NCBI GenBank assembly: GCA_944350115.1
Contig: CALVNZ010000001.1
Span: 93,378-157,377 of the forward strand
Length of the DNA stretch: 64,000 nt
Source of the DNA: an uncultured Clostridia bacterium
GTDB taxonomy: Bacteria > Bacillota > Clostridia > Christensenellales > UBA1242
Direction of reading: 5' to 3'
A model generated the notes under the pieces. It had not been told where the DNA came from and did not search any database. It worked only from the letters and a program-made list of their open reading frames with translations. Below are positions 55,701 to 64,000 of this stretch, one piece after another. Each line of letters opens with the position of its first letter. Within the stretch, counting starts at the first letter, position 1. A program made the position numbers and the translations under genes.

Positions 55701-58700
55701 TGTTAAGTCTTTAAAAGACAAAACGACTTTGGCAACTGTTTCATCTACCGTTGGCACAGAAGAATATTCGATTTTACTTAATGGCATCTCTTATTCCGCA
55801 ACAAAAGAAACTTTTGTTGACATGGAAGGTGAATATGGGTTTATGATCATGGACGCTTCCAACACAAAAGGAGCAAATTTAAGTCTGCTTGACAAACTTA
55901 CTCGCTATCCATCAAACAGTCAATACATCAGTGTAACTGGCGACACGTCGCTTACAAAAGTCACTTATATTGACAATGTAAAAGATGAAGAGGGCGTTGA
56001 AACAACATTGTTCACAGCAGCTTATTCAAGCACTTCTTCTTCAACTGAATCGTCTGCTTACACAATCAAAAACAGTTTCTACACACCAACTGCTTTGGAA
56101 AAAGTCTTGACTTTGTCTTTTATTCCAACAATCAAATCTGGGACAAAAACCACGCAAGTTAAATCTATAACACTTGAATTTTATCCTTACGAAACACAAA
56201 TTGTCGCAAACAAAACCGCTGATGGTAAAATCAAGCTTTCTTATTATAGAACTCTTGCAAGCGAACCTTCGTTTGTGGACACCGCTTACGAATTTGACGG
56301 ATCAACAACAAATGAAAATGTTGTGACTTATGAAATAAACCTTGCAAACAACATGACCCGCGAAGGCAAATATGTCATCACAAGAATTTATGAAACTGGC
56401 GACGAGTTCACTGTTGATAAATATGACTACACTGAAAGAAATTTGACAGTTTATGTTGACCGCGAAGGTGTCGTTAGTGGACCAAGTACAATAAGTTACA
56501 CTGCAAAAGAATATTCGTTGACCCAAGGCGAAGAAACTTTGGGCACAGCGGTTGTTTATCAAAATGCAATTATAGTTTCTCCAAATGTTGAAGGCGGATT
56601 TGATGGTCTCGATCAAAGTGACATAGTTGTTAAAAATAACGAAGAAACTCAACAGGTTGTAGATTTCGAAGAATGTTATATTCTTGATGGAATGCTTTAC
56701 ATTATTATGCCACAAGACTTCGAATTTGGTTCTTTGGAAATTATGGGATTCACATCAACTTCAACTGGCGAAAACGTTGTTGGCCCTTCTTATGAAAGTA
56801 TAGTCGGCGGAGACATTTTCGTGAACATGTATGAAGGCATTGATGAAAATTCTGGAATTTTATCAGTAACCTTCCCTCATGTTGAAAATTTAATAAATTC
56901 TGGCGACTCTTTCTACACACAAGATAGAGACAGCGATTGGGAAAACAACTTGCCTTCAATTGTGTTTGAAACAAATAAACTTCCTGTTAAAGTTTATGTT
57001 CCAGAATACAAATACACAAAATACAATAGTGAAAACATTAAAGACGGAACAAATTATGTCACTGAATATGATTCAATAATAAATGAGGACCTTTCCTACT
57101 ATGAAAAAGATGTTGCTTATTCAAGCATCACAAACTACAAACTCTTTTCAGAAATCAAATTCGTTCCAAGTTCTGGTGCTTCAAGCATTACATACACCTC
57201 TTCTACAATTGACGAAAATGGTTATATGACTTTCACAAACCAAGGTCAAACAAAAAATGAATTTACTGAAGCTGGCACTTATTATGTTTTAATCGTTCAA
57301 AGCAACAATTCAAGCGGTGCAGGAACTGAAAATAATTTTAGAAAAGAATACATGTTTGCATTTACTATCAAGTCTTCCGCCCCTAGCTTTGATTTGACAA
57401 CAAATGGAAAAAGTTTGGAAACTTTGGACGAACAAAAATATTACACAAATCAAAAGACTTTTACAGCAACTTGGGAAGACAGCAATTCACGTTACATAGC
57501 AGACATTGACAAAACAAACTTGTTATTACAATTTAATTCTTCAATAAAAGACATTATAGTTGATGTCAGCGATTCTTCAAACTTGACAATTAAATATGCA
57601 AACGGTGACCAAGCAGATGAAGTTTTAAATAAAATTAAACAAGCCTTGTCTTATAATTTGTCAGGAAATGTAAACACTCTTACGTTTAATTTTGAAACAG
57701 CAGGATTATATACAAATGGGACAAATGTCGGTCTTACAATGCAATTTGTCGGACATAATGAATATTATCAAAAAACAACAAAAAGCATTGTTGTAGATAA
57801 AACCGCAAGCAATGATGAGATTTCATCTCTAATCAGCAAACTTTCTTCTTTCTCAACAGGCACTATTAATTTCACAGAATCTTCATTAAGAAATTATTAC
57901 AATGTTGAAGGTCAAAGCGTTGCAACCGCAAGTGAAGCAAGTTACAATGTTTCAAAAAATATTGAAACCTTTAAATATTATTCTTACATGGTTGACAAAT
58001 CTTTCTTGACTTCTTTAGCTTCAAAAGCTCAAGAAAATAAAAATAAAGGCGCAAATTATGACGGAACAACAATCAATGTTTATTACAGAGTTGTAAGTGA
58101 CCCTTATTCAGATGAATACAATGAAACATCTTATGACAATTTCGTTGAATCATCTTACTCACAATTGAGCACAAATGCTGATGACTATGTTTATGACAGA
58201 GCTTACTATGAAATAATCGAACAAGACCTTGCTGGAAATCTAACTATTTATTTGGTTTATTTATATCAAGATGACCAAGGAGAAGGTTTCCAAAGTGCAA
58301 TTGGAACAGAATATCAAGGATTTGAATTTACTGATGGAGATAAAACAAAACGAGCAAGTGATGCACAAATTTTAGCGCAAACGACAAGCGGAAGAGTGGT
58401 GGAATTATTCTCATCAACCAATTTCTCATTAACAAACTTAAACTTCCGCAATGATCCGTGGTTAAAACTTACAATCACACGAAACAACTCAACACGTTAC
58501 TACATGTTCTCCCCTTGGCTAGATGGAGCAGTTTACAACATGACAACTGGACAAATCGAACAAGTTTCATCATTGTTTAGTGGTTACGCATCAAGCACAA
58601 ATGAAATTTCTCTGTCAATTTCAAACAGGGCAGACGGAACATCTTTAAAGCTTGCATTACATCTTGTTGATGGCGTAAGCTTGAACGCAGAATATTCGAA

Positions 58701-61473
58701 CTCAAACACAGAAGAATATTTGCGCGTTGGCAAAACCAGCATTGCTTATCCTGTTCAAATTGTAATAACTTCTGGTGATAACACTGTTAAATATGATTTT
58801 ACAAATGATCCTAATTCATTAGAAAATCTTCTTAACGCAAACTATAACTACAATCAATCTTGGATTTCAAATGATGACATTAATTATACCTATGACGCCA
58901 TAAACCAAATCCTTAAATTTAATTATATTAATTTGCCTGTTTTAGGAGACAAAGTTAGATATAAGATAACAGATAATTTTGGAAATGTCACACCATTGAT
59001 TCACATCTTTGGACAAGGCAGTTTTGAAGAAATTTCAAGCTCTGGGAACATGTATCAAGACATTATTTCAGATCCAGCAATTACAACAGGAGAATATGTA
59101 ACAAGCTATATTAGCCCAACAGATTTAAAATATTCTTACAATAGTAACGTTTATATCCCGGTTGTTGAAAAATACTTGAATGGCAAGTGGGAAACAGCTT
59201 CCCAAGATCAAGATTATTCTTTTAGTGGATCGGAAATTGTAACGCTTACTTTTCCTCGTAACTCCACTGCCCCACAAATAAATCAACGTTACCGCATAAC
59301 TGTTTACGAAGTTGACGAAGCAAACCCAACCGTCGTAAATGAAAACATGTTTGTCAAAAAACTTTATTTACATCTTTACGAAATAAAACCAGAACTTGCA
59401 ATTGGCGACACTGCAAACCTGCTTTCAACAATCAAATTTAGCGATAACTATGGCGTAAACATAACAGAAGAAACTTTAACTGACACAAGTGCTCAATATG
59501 TGACCATAAATGGTTCGCGTTATAAAGTTAGTGTTGCAGGTCAAACTTTTGCATTAAACATTACATTGTCGTATGAGCCGGAAGCTACTTTATTTGATTA
59601 CCCTTATGAAGTCCTCTATTACAAACAAGGCTCGACAATGACTGATTTCGAAACCATTAAATCAGGAACGAGACTGGATGAAAGTGGCGTTTATTACTTC
59701 TTAGTTCGTTATGCAACAAACAACGATAATCCAACTCTTTTAAACAATGAATATGATCTATATAAAATTGAATTGTTGGATTCTTCAAGCGAATTTTATA
59801 GAGTCACAAACAATGGTGTCGTCGTTGAAAAATCTTCTCTCTACTACACTTATGAAGGTCGCGAATATTCCGATTACTATATTGTAAATGTCAAATATGA
59901 TTCTGACCAAGAACTTGTGAAAATTGTCCCTAATGACTATCAAAACATCAATGTTTATAAGGGAACTGATCCTATTGACGAAGGAAATGATGTGATAACA
60001 GTCGGTTATTTAGTGACAAACTACACAAAAGATTTTGCAGGAGATTACACCATTGTTCCAACAGAAACAGGAATTTCACCTTTCCGTCGCATGGTCTTTA
60101 TAACATATATTCCTGCTACACAAAGACCTGTCGCAGAAGCAGTTTACTACTTCAACAGCAGTGAAACATTTGATATGTTGGGGTCAAACAGCATAAACGC
60201 TATTGTAGAAAAAACAAACTACAACATAGACTCAGTAACAATCAAATGGTCAAGCACTTACGGAATAAACACCAACCTTGTAAATCTTGAAGTTCTTAAA
60301 GATGGCGTTTCCTATCCTATTTCTTATAGAACCGAAGGTGGCTACAATTACACGACACTTTCCGTAAGCGGAACCTACACATTGACATTTAGAGACACGG
60401 CAGGCAATGTTCAAACATTTGCTTACAACACATCATCTGCTTCAACAACACAAAAGTTCGTGTTCTTAAAAGATGTTGCCTTCTCTATGACATACACTGA
60501 TGGCGCAACAGGAGAAACAATTGTTTCCGACCCAATAAACAAAGGCGTGTTTAATGGAGATGTTAAACTTACAATTTTGAATATAAGCGAATACTACACT
60601 GCTCAATCAAGCGGAAGCGGTCAAGGTATGATAAGAGCCAAGAAAAATGGCGTAGACATCACTTCATTTAATTATGATGCAAACACGCAAACATTCACTT
60701 TCTCAGATCCTGGTTATTACAGCGTTTACTTTGTTGCAACAAGCACAACAGGTGTTGAAGTAAGACAACAAACTTACAACTTTACAATTGTTAATCCTAA
60801 TGAATCAAGATATTCTTATGAATTTTCACCTTATCAAAACTACTATATCAAATCAGTTGTCAAAGATAATCTTGGAGACATTACTCAAACAATCATTGAT
60901 GATATGAACAGCGAAAACCCAACTATGGGATTAAAATTGCAAACCACTGTGATAAATGGTCAAACATATTTGAAAGAACTTCTTACTTCATATATAGGAA
61001 CAGGAAGTGGAAGATACACAGTCACAATTGCAACAAACGGAAACTATGATCGAACAGATTATACTAAACCAACAGAACTGACCTTCTCTTATTGGATTAA
61101 TATGGCAAATGTTCCTATTGAAGTTTCAATTGAAGAAGGCGGATCATCAAGCTCTGACATAATCGTGTCTTTCAACGCAGAACGTGTCTACCAAGCAGTT
61201 GGTGATTGCACTTTAACAATAGCAAACTTAACATACCAAATTAATGAAAACAACATGGCAAGTTTGGGAACAGTGCAAGTTGCAATCTCTGGAACTGGAA
61301 CTTATTTCATAACTGCTCGTTCTATGAGTGGAAATTTGCTCTACAGCTATAAAGTGACAAAAACCGAACCTCTTAATGGTTGGGCAATTGCAGCAATTGT
61401 AATTGGTTGTGTTGCAGCGATTGTTGCAGTGATAATCATAATCAGACTTCGCAAAAAGATTAAAGTTAAATAA
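52717..61473 (+). CDS. Giant (2918 aa) secreted, C-terminally membrane-anchored surface protein built of Ig-like-type modules
   Basis: RBS agaggtg. Signal peptide (..SSVVNA-DV). Recurrent G.Y...(V/I/L) strand followed by (D/E).AGN (FDEAGN, QDLAGN, RDTAGN, DNFGN, SMSGN). C-terminal TM helix plus RLRKKIKVK. No LPXTG. Confidence 0.85.
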   Translation: MSKVKQIFKLSFLSFIAVCLTIGGWLFSIPKSSVVNADVVDSVIENQLPVFFNNNDYTKEYYYNNENAVVKFDFEEIDGIYKYYPEGKENENHYYYIDITQISLTLDGQPIVFANDASANDIILNSSTPALFDPNFFSKTLDFEVVLNTSNENNTITSSEDSEKKTVTINKQGLLNISAQYNLYDVTFTPAGSGSQNAKESYTLYNNITFDYSIFMLDKSTYFLGNDESVPNVEYNTTNTSRTPSESSNHRYNYFYNFKSSNATSNDLPYITYNPLYYKLTISKTINNSSSSETISFNPETKAYNEPSFVYDLTYDEETGLIKVYFNDLGLYNLHFDVIYTFTNGQNTNVYNLSKTVLDQKFYVYGAQMYYTDYDKNDFVEFKTIDSNQITASADITRKLSSLTSVDSDGTKNALSPDDSPLKEYLNLKENSPVRTNQTPVKLSTYGSNIQATLYTKTDDGWSKGEGISATKNISEDGIYVLVLTYNFANYTNASGALDTATKFYQYFYFQIQKETPQVDVKKENSEGGWETLYSKQYTNRQVKITYNGENESAFDSSVYVTLTRKDFVTGQTGSEIYLFPKSKNEGLINESGQMTVDNGNYTITYQEDGNSVIVEKEDGSYTIKIYYGKNAMGETPMTSTFTIDTTEIENLSAYSITTSSNKNAIANKLEGNVTNEAFTFNWKNTKQSGALTYGYFKYYSLNYFDYYDTTDLGSTSLGTLIYTLLANDLLATDAQLDLSKTSNEWMEYSNSSVYPSSSIPANCVKSSAGLYIFQVFDEAGNTSAYYMLLDDSSPYFVLQTSSGYSLISSNHTLISDATLYWSDYKGININLGSNTLSKTGSAYEISETFYTNKNGQVDDTLKAVFEQFIDNGGITSFSSSAFGSRAGTYYLSKINDTIAFKNYDTDYYSLLGSADQDINSYEIQFSYSVYYGNVSGNTQTSFLFSTTNTNVYLDENGQEVDAGTITNLKEADLYKIIYDDGSKEFFYGEQGSQTVKSLKDKTTLATVSSTVGTEEYSILLNGISYSATKETFVDMEGEYGFMIMDASNTKGANLSLLDKLTRYPSNSQYISVTGDTSLTKVTYIDNVKDEEGVETTLFTAAYSSTSSSTESSAYTIKNSFYTPTALEKVLTLSFIPTIKSGTKTTQVKSITLEFYPYETQIVANKTADGKIKLSYYRTLASEPSFVDTAYEFDGSTTNENVVTYEINLANNMTREGKYVITRIYETGDEFTVDKYDYTERNLTVYVDREGVVSGPSTISYTAKEYSLTQGEETLGTAVVYQNAIIVSPNVEGGFDGLDQSDIVVKNNEETQQVVDFEECYILDGMLYIIMPQDFEFGSLEIMGFTSTSTGENVVGPSYESIVGGDIFVNMYEGIDENSGILSVTFPHVENLINSGDSFYTQDRDSDWENNLPSIVFETNKLPVKVYVPEYKYTKYNSENIKDGTNYVTEYDSIINEDLSYYEKDVAYSSITNYKLFSEIKFVPSSGASSITYTSSTIDENGYMTFTNQGQTKNEFTEAGTYYVLIVQSNNSSGAGTENNFRKEYMFAFTIKSSAPSFDLTTNGKSLETLDEQKYYTNQKTFTATWEDSNSRYIADIDKTNLLLQFNSSIKDIIVDVSDSSNLTIKYANGDQADEVLNKIKQALSYNLSGNVNTLTFNFETAGLYTNGTNVGLTMQFVGHNEYYQKTTKSIVVDKTASNDEISSLISKLSSFSTGTINFTESSLRNYYNVEGQSVATASEASYNVSKNIETFKYYSYMVDKSFLTSLASKAQENKNKGANYDGTTINVYYRVVSDPYSDEYNETSYDNFVESSYSQLSTNADDYVYDRAYYEIIEQDLAGNLTIYLVYLYQDDQGEGFQSAIGTEYQGFEFTDGDKTKRASDAQILAQTTSGRVVELFSSTNFSLTNLNFRNDPWLKLTITRNNSTRYYMFSPWLDGAVYNMTTGQIEQVSSLFSGYASSTNEISLSISNRADGTSLKLALHLVDGVSLNAEYSNSNTEEYLRVGKTSIAYPVQIVITSGDNTVKYDFTNDPNSLENLLNANYNYNQSWISNDDINYTYDAINQILKFNYINLPVLGDKVRYKITDNFGNVTPLIHIFGQGSFEEISSSGNMYQDIISDPAITTGEYVTSYISPTDLKYSYNSNVYIPVVEKYLNGKWETASQDQDYSFSGSEIVTLTFPRNSTAPQINQRYRITVYEVDEANPTVVNENMFVKKLYLHLYEIKPELAIGDTANLLSTIKFSDNYGVNITEETLTDTSAQYVTINGSRYKVSVAGQTFALNITLSYEPEATLFDYPYEVLYYKQGSTMTDFETIKSGTRLDESGVYYFLVRYATNNDNPTLLNNEYDLYKIELLDSSSEFYRVTNNGVVVEKSSLYYTYEGREYSDYYIVNVKYDSDQELVKIVPNDYQNINVYKGTDPIDEGNDVITVGYLVTNYTKDFAGDYTIVPTETGISPFRRMVFITYIPATQRPVAEAVYYFNSSETFDMLGSNSINAIVEKTNYNIDSVTIKWSSTYGINTNLVNLEVLKDGVSYPISYRTEGGYNYTTLSVSGTYTLTFRDTAGNVQTFAYNTSSASTTQKFVFLKDVAFSMTYTDGATGETIVSDPINKGVFNGDVKLTILNISEYYTAQSSGSGQGMIRAKKNGVDITSFNYDANTQTFTFSDPGYYSVYFVATSTTGVEVRQQTYNFTIVNPNESRYSYEFSPYQNYYIKSVVKDNLGDITQTIIDDMNSENPTMGLKLQTTVINGQTYLKELLTSYIGTGSGRYTVTIATNGNYDRTDYTKPTELTFSYWINMANVPIEVSIEEGGSSSSDIIVSFNAERVYQAVGDCTLTIANLTYQINENNMASLGTVQVAISGTGTYFITARSMSGNLLYSYKVTKTEPLNGWAIAAIVIGCVAAIVAVIIIIRLRKKIKVK

Positions 61474-61481
61474 CTTATCAC

Positions 61482-61517
61482 AAAAAAAAATAGCACTTTA
61501 AAAAGTGCTATTTTTTA
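61482..61517. terminator. Bidirectional rho-independent terminator
   Basis: tagcact-ttaaaa-agtgcta stem-loop flanked by A- and T-runs. Confidence 0.7.
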
Positions 61518-61615
61518 TTGTTGTTTTTATCTTCTTTTTTTTGCTCGGGGCATAATTTTTTAATTAATTCGTCAAATTTGTCATCCATATATTTTTTAAA
61601 TTCATCAAACTTCAT
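61508..61615 (-). CDS. Possible 35-aa charged peptide coupled to the repeat-protein gene
   Basis: Its ATG lies 1 nt after the TAA of the upstream gene, preceded by gggggtgg. Translation is MKFDEFKKYMDDKFDELIKKLCPEQKKEDKNNNKK. The stop lies inside the terminator stem. Confidence 0.3.
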   Translation of the reverse strand: MKFDEFKKYMDDKFDELIKKLCPEQKKEDKNNNKK

Positions 61616-61616
61616 T

Positions 61617-62372
61617 TTACCACCCCCATTCTCCAATCTCTTTTATACTTTTTGCTTGTTTCTCCTCGCTTTGTCTAATTAGTTCTTTCACGCCACTTCG
61701 CATTCTTTCATCAACTTCTTGGCCAATTTGCTCTAGTTTTTCATCAAACGCCATTTGCACTTCTTCTGGCACTCCTGATTTATCATATCCACTTTCTTTA
61801 CAAAGCTCGGCAAAACGCATTGTTGTTCTTCCCTTTATAAGATCTAATAAATATCGTCTCGCCTCGTTGTTTACAAAAACATCGGAAGGAAGTTCGCTTG
61901 ACTTTATTTTTCCTGCACCATATAAAATTAATGCTTCTCTCGCATTTTCTGAAATTTCCAAAATTTGTTCTGGGATAGCGGCTTTCTGTTCTTCTGTTAA
62001 ATCCCTCAAATCTCCACCCTTAGCCACATATTGATTAATAGCTTCTTGTGGAATAGCGGCTATCTGTTCTTCTGTGAAATAACCCAATCTGCCACCATTA
62101 GCTGCACGTTTATTAATAACTTCTTGTGGGATAGCGGCTATCTGTTCTTCTGTTAAATAAACCAATCTGCCACCATTAGCTGCACGTTTATTAATAACTT
62201 CTTGTGGGATAGCGGCTCTCTGTTCTTTTGTTAAATCTAACAAGCTTCCACCATTAGCTACACGTTTATTAATAACTTCTTGTGGGATAGCGGCTCTCTG
62301 TTCTTTTGTTAAATCTAACAAGCTTCCACCATTCTCCACATATTTTTCCAAATCTTCTTGTGTTATTTTCAT
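61617..62372 (-). CDS. Cytoplasmic protein with five tandem 26-aa repeats (NGG.L..LT.EQ.AAIPQEVINKR) and a helical C-terminal domain
   Basis: RBS aaggggg. Repeats are read directly from the translation. No signal peptide and no family recognised. Confidence 0.7.
   Translation of the reverse strand: MKITQEDLEKYVENGGSLLDLTKEQRAAIPQEVINKRVANGGSLLDLTKEQRAAIPQEVINKRAANGGRLVYLTEEQIAAIPQEVINKRAANGGRLGYFTEEQIAAIPQEAINQYVAKGGDLRDLTEEQKAAIPEQILEISENAREALILYGAGKIKSSELPSDVFVNNEARRYLLDLIKGRTTMRFAELCKESGYDKSGVPEEVQMAFDEKLEQIGQEVDERMRSGVKELIRQSEEKQAKSIKEIGEWGW
61960..62345. repeat. 78-bp tandem DNA repeat, about 5 copies, inside the CDS
   Basis: cttcttgtgg recurs at 62042, 62120, 62198 and 62276 (period 78). 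A degenerate copy lies near 61964. Neighbouring copies are nearly identical. Confidence 0.85.
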
Positions 62373-62491
62373 CTTCTCCCCCTTTTAATTTTTATTATAT
62401 CAACAATTTTTTTAAAAGTCAATATCTTTAAAAATTTTTTAGTGCAGTAAAAAACATGGTTTTCTTTTTGCACAAAAAATTAAAATTAAAC

Positions 62492-62524
62492 AAAAAACCA
62501 TCTAGAAACTAGATGGTTTTTTTT
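62492..62524 (-). terminator. Rho-independent terminator after rplA
   Basis: ccatctag-aaa-ctagatgg stem-loop with flanking A- and T-runs. Confidence 0.7.
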
Positions 62525-62532
62525 AAATCTTA

Positions 62533-63216
62533 TTAACCAGCTGTCACAACTTTAACGCCAGGCCCCATGCTTGAACATAATGAAATGTTCTTAAAATATT
62601 GCCCTTTGGCTGCTGCTGGTTTCGCTCTGGTGAGTGCATCGATAACTGTGTTGTAGTTGTCCATAAGTTTTTCTTTACCAAAGCTTGCTTTCCCTAAAAT
62701 AACGTGAACATTGTTTGTCTTGTCAAGTCTGTATTCAACCTTACCAGCTTTAACATCTGCAATGGCTTTTTTAACATCCATTGTAACAGTTCCGCTTTTT
62801 GGGTTTGGCATCAAACCTTTAGGTCCCAAAACTCTTGCGACACGTCCAATAACGCCCATCATGTCTGGTGTGGTGATGCAGACATCAAAATCTAACCAGC
62901 CACCTTGAATTTTTGCAACTAATTCTTCAGCTCCAACGAAATCAGCACCAGCTTTTACGGCTTCATCCGCTTTGTCGCCTTTTGCAATAACAAGAACTTT
63001 AACGCTTTTCCCAGTTCCATGTGGTAAAACAACCACGCCACGAACTTGTTGATCTGCATTTCTTCCGTCAACGCCAAGTTTAACGTGAAGTTCGATTGTT
63101 TCGTCAAATTTTGCTTTCGCATTGTTTAAAACATTGTCCATTGCTTCGCTTGCTGAATACGCTTTAAGCTTATTGTAAGATTCAAGCGCAGCTTTCATTC
63201 TTTTCCCTTGTTTCAT
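62533..63216 (-). CDS. rplA: 50S ribosomal protein L1
   Basis: Conserved blocks [22 protein letters not shown] and [10 protein letters not shown]. Confidence 0.95.
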   Translation of the reverse strand: MKQGKRMKAALESYNKLKAYSASEAMDNVLNNAKAKFDETIELHVKLGVDGRNADQQVRGVVVLPHGTGKSVKVLVIAKGDKADEAVKAGADFVGAEELVAKIQGGWLDFDVCITTPDMMGVIGRVARVLGPKGLMPNPKSGTVTMDVKKAIADVKAGKVEYRLDKTNNVHVILGKASFGKEKLMDNYNTVIDALTRAKPAAAKGQYFKNISLCSSMGPGVKVVTAG

Positions 63217-63233
63217 AATTCTGCTCTCTCCTC

Positions 63234-63665
63234 TTATTCAACAACCGTCACGCCCATACTGCGTGCAGCACCTTCAATCATGCTCATAGCTGCTTCAATG
63301 CTTCCAGCGTTCAAGTCTGGCATTTTAAGTTCAGCAATCTCTCTAATTTGAGCTTTTGTGATTGATCCGACTTTTGTTTTGTTTGGTTTTGCTGATCCTT
63401 TTTCAATTCCAATAGCCTTTTTAATTAAAACGGCTGCTGGTGGTGTTTTCAGCACGAATGAGAATGATCTGTCTTGATAAATTGTTATCACAACAGGAAT
63501 GATAAGACCAGCTTGTGCTGCTGTTTTATCATTAAATTCTTTGGTAAATGCCGCAATGTTGATACCATGTGGTCCGAGAGAAGAACCAACTGGTGGTCCA
63601 GGTGTGGCTTTACCAGCTGGGAGTTGAAGTTTAACAACTGCCCCAATCTTTTTTACTACTGCCAT
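63234..63665 (-). CDS. rplK: 50S ribosomal protein L11
   Basis: Start at 63665 lies after aaggagg. [27 protein letters not shown].. is canonical L11. The track's longer version is an upstream extension. Confidence 0.95.
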   Translation of the reverse strand: MAVVKKIGAVVKLQLPAGKATPGPPVGSSLGPHGINIAAFTKEFNDKTAAQAGLIIPVVITIYQDRSFSFVLKTPPAAVLIKKAIGIEKGSAKPNKTKVGSITKAQIREIAELKMPDLNAGSIEAAMSMIEGAARSMGVTVVE

Positions 63666-63779
63666 TTTTTCCTCCTTATAATTTTGTGGTGCGTTGAGCA
63701 GATGCAGTTCCCGCTCTCCCACTGGTGCTTTTCGCACCTTTTTTTGTATTTAAAGCAATTTCTTGCAAAATACCAATTT

Positions 63780-64000
63780 TTAAGCGTCTATTTTTCGCAT
63801 TTGAGTGAAATCAAGATCAACAGGTGCCTCTCTTCCAAACATTTCAACGATGACTGTTGCAACGCTTGTTTCAGCATTGACACTTTGAACTGTTCCAATA
63901 GTTCCTTCAAGTGGACCGTCGATAACTTCAACTTTGTCGCCAACTTGCAAGTTTGCTTCAACTTTAATTTTTTCAAGTTTGTTTTTTCTCACTTCTTCTT
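63780..64000 (-). CDS. nusG: Transcription antitermination factor NusG, C-terminal KOW part (5' end outside the window)
   Basis: VGDKVEVIDGPLEGTIGTVQSV...VEMFGREAPVDLDFTQ is the KOW domain. The frame stays open to the window edge. Confidence 0.85.
   Translation of the reverse strand, partial: EEVRKNKLEKIKVEANLQVGDKVEVIDGPLEGTIGTVQSVNAETSVATVIVEMFGREAPVDLDFTQMRKIDA

Noticed and set aside
63666-63779. L1-binding regulatory leader upstream of rplK
   Set aside because: A small hairpin (ggtgc-gaaa-gcacc) and a gggagagcggg stretch are present. I cannot match them convincingly to the L1 23S-mimic motif by eye, so the evidence is insufficient.
1-64000. Alternative genetic code (TGA=Trp, as in Mollicutes-like low-GC lineages)
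   Set aside because: Long conserved genes (mfd, glmS, cysS, recD2, rplA) are full-length under the standard code. TGA also terminates well-defined genes, for example the dehydrogenase at 34205-34207 and dfx at 29374-29376.

Overview
This is an AT-rich chromosomal segment from an anaerobic, low-GC Gram-positive-type bacterium (Bacillota-like). It shows Bacillus-type synteny (glmU-like/pth/mfd and nusG-rplK-rplA) and uses the standard genetic code with TGA as a stop. I support about 60 protein genes, 4 tRNA genes and several promoters and terminators. I found no rRNA, no CRISPR array, and no recognisable integrase, transposase, relaxase or reverse transcriptase. Housekeeping genes include mfd, pth, engB, mscL, recD2, cysS, glmS, hup, lepB, queH, comFC, a sirtuin, rplA and rplK. 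There is also an anaerobe oxidative-stress and redox set: desulfoferrodoxin, rubrerythrin, a rubredoxin-fused [FeFe]-hydrogenase and a flavodoxin-like protein. These are interleaved with accessory material. (1) Three of the four tRNA genes (Leu-UAG, Arg-UCG, Glu-UUC) sit inside partial self-duplications with 110-210 nt non-coding spacers. tRNA-Leu is also preceded by three tandem 152-nt hairpin-forming repeats that show a compensatory base-pair change. (2) An ankyrin-repeat gene cassette is flanked by a duplicated 3' end of the neighbouring dehydrogenase gene. (3) An orphan TraG/VirD4-type coupling ATPase and, 15 kb away, a VirB2-like two-TM protein occur with no other conjugation genes. (4) A 1270-aa DUF4011/Upf1-like helicase fused to a Vsr/DUF559-like nuclease lies next to tRNA-Ser. 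(5) A 2918-aa membrane-anchored surface protein is divergent from a SunS-like GT2-TPR glycosyltransferase. (6) Further items are a protein built from 78-bp tandem repeats, two small genes missed by the ORF track (LysM and YjzC-like), and several unusual fusions. The tRNA-linked repeat and duplication architecture is the least explained signal. All functional calls rest on motifs read by eye; no database search was run.
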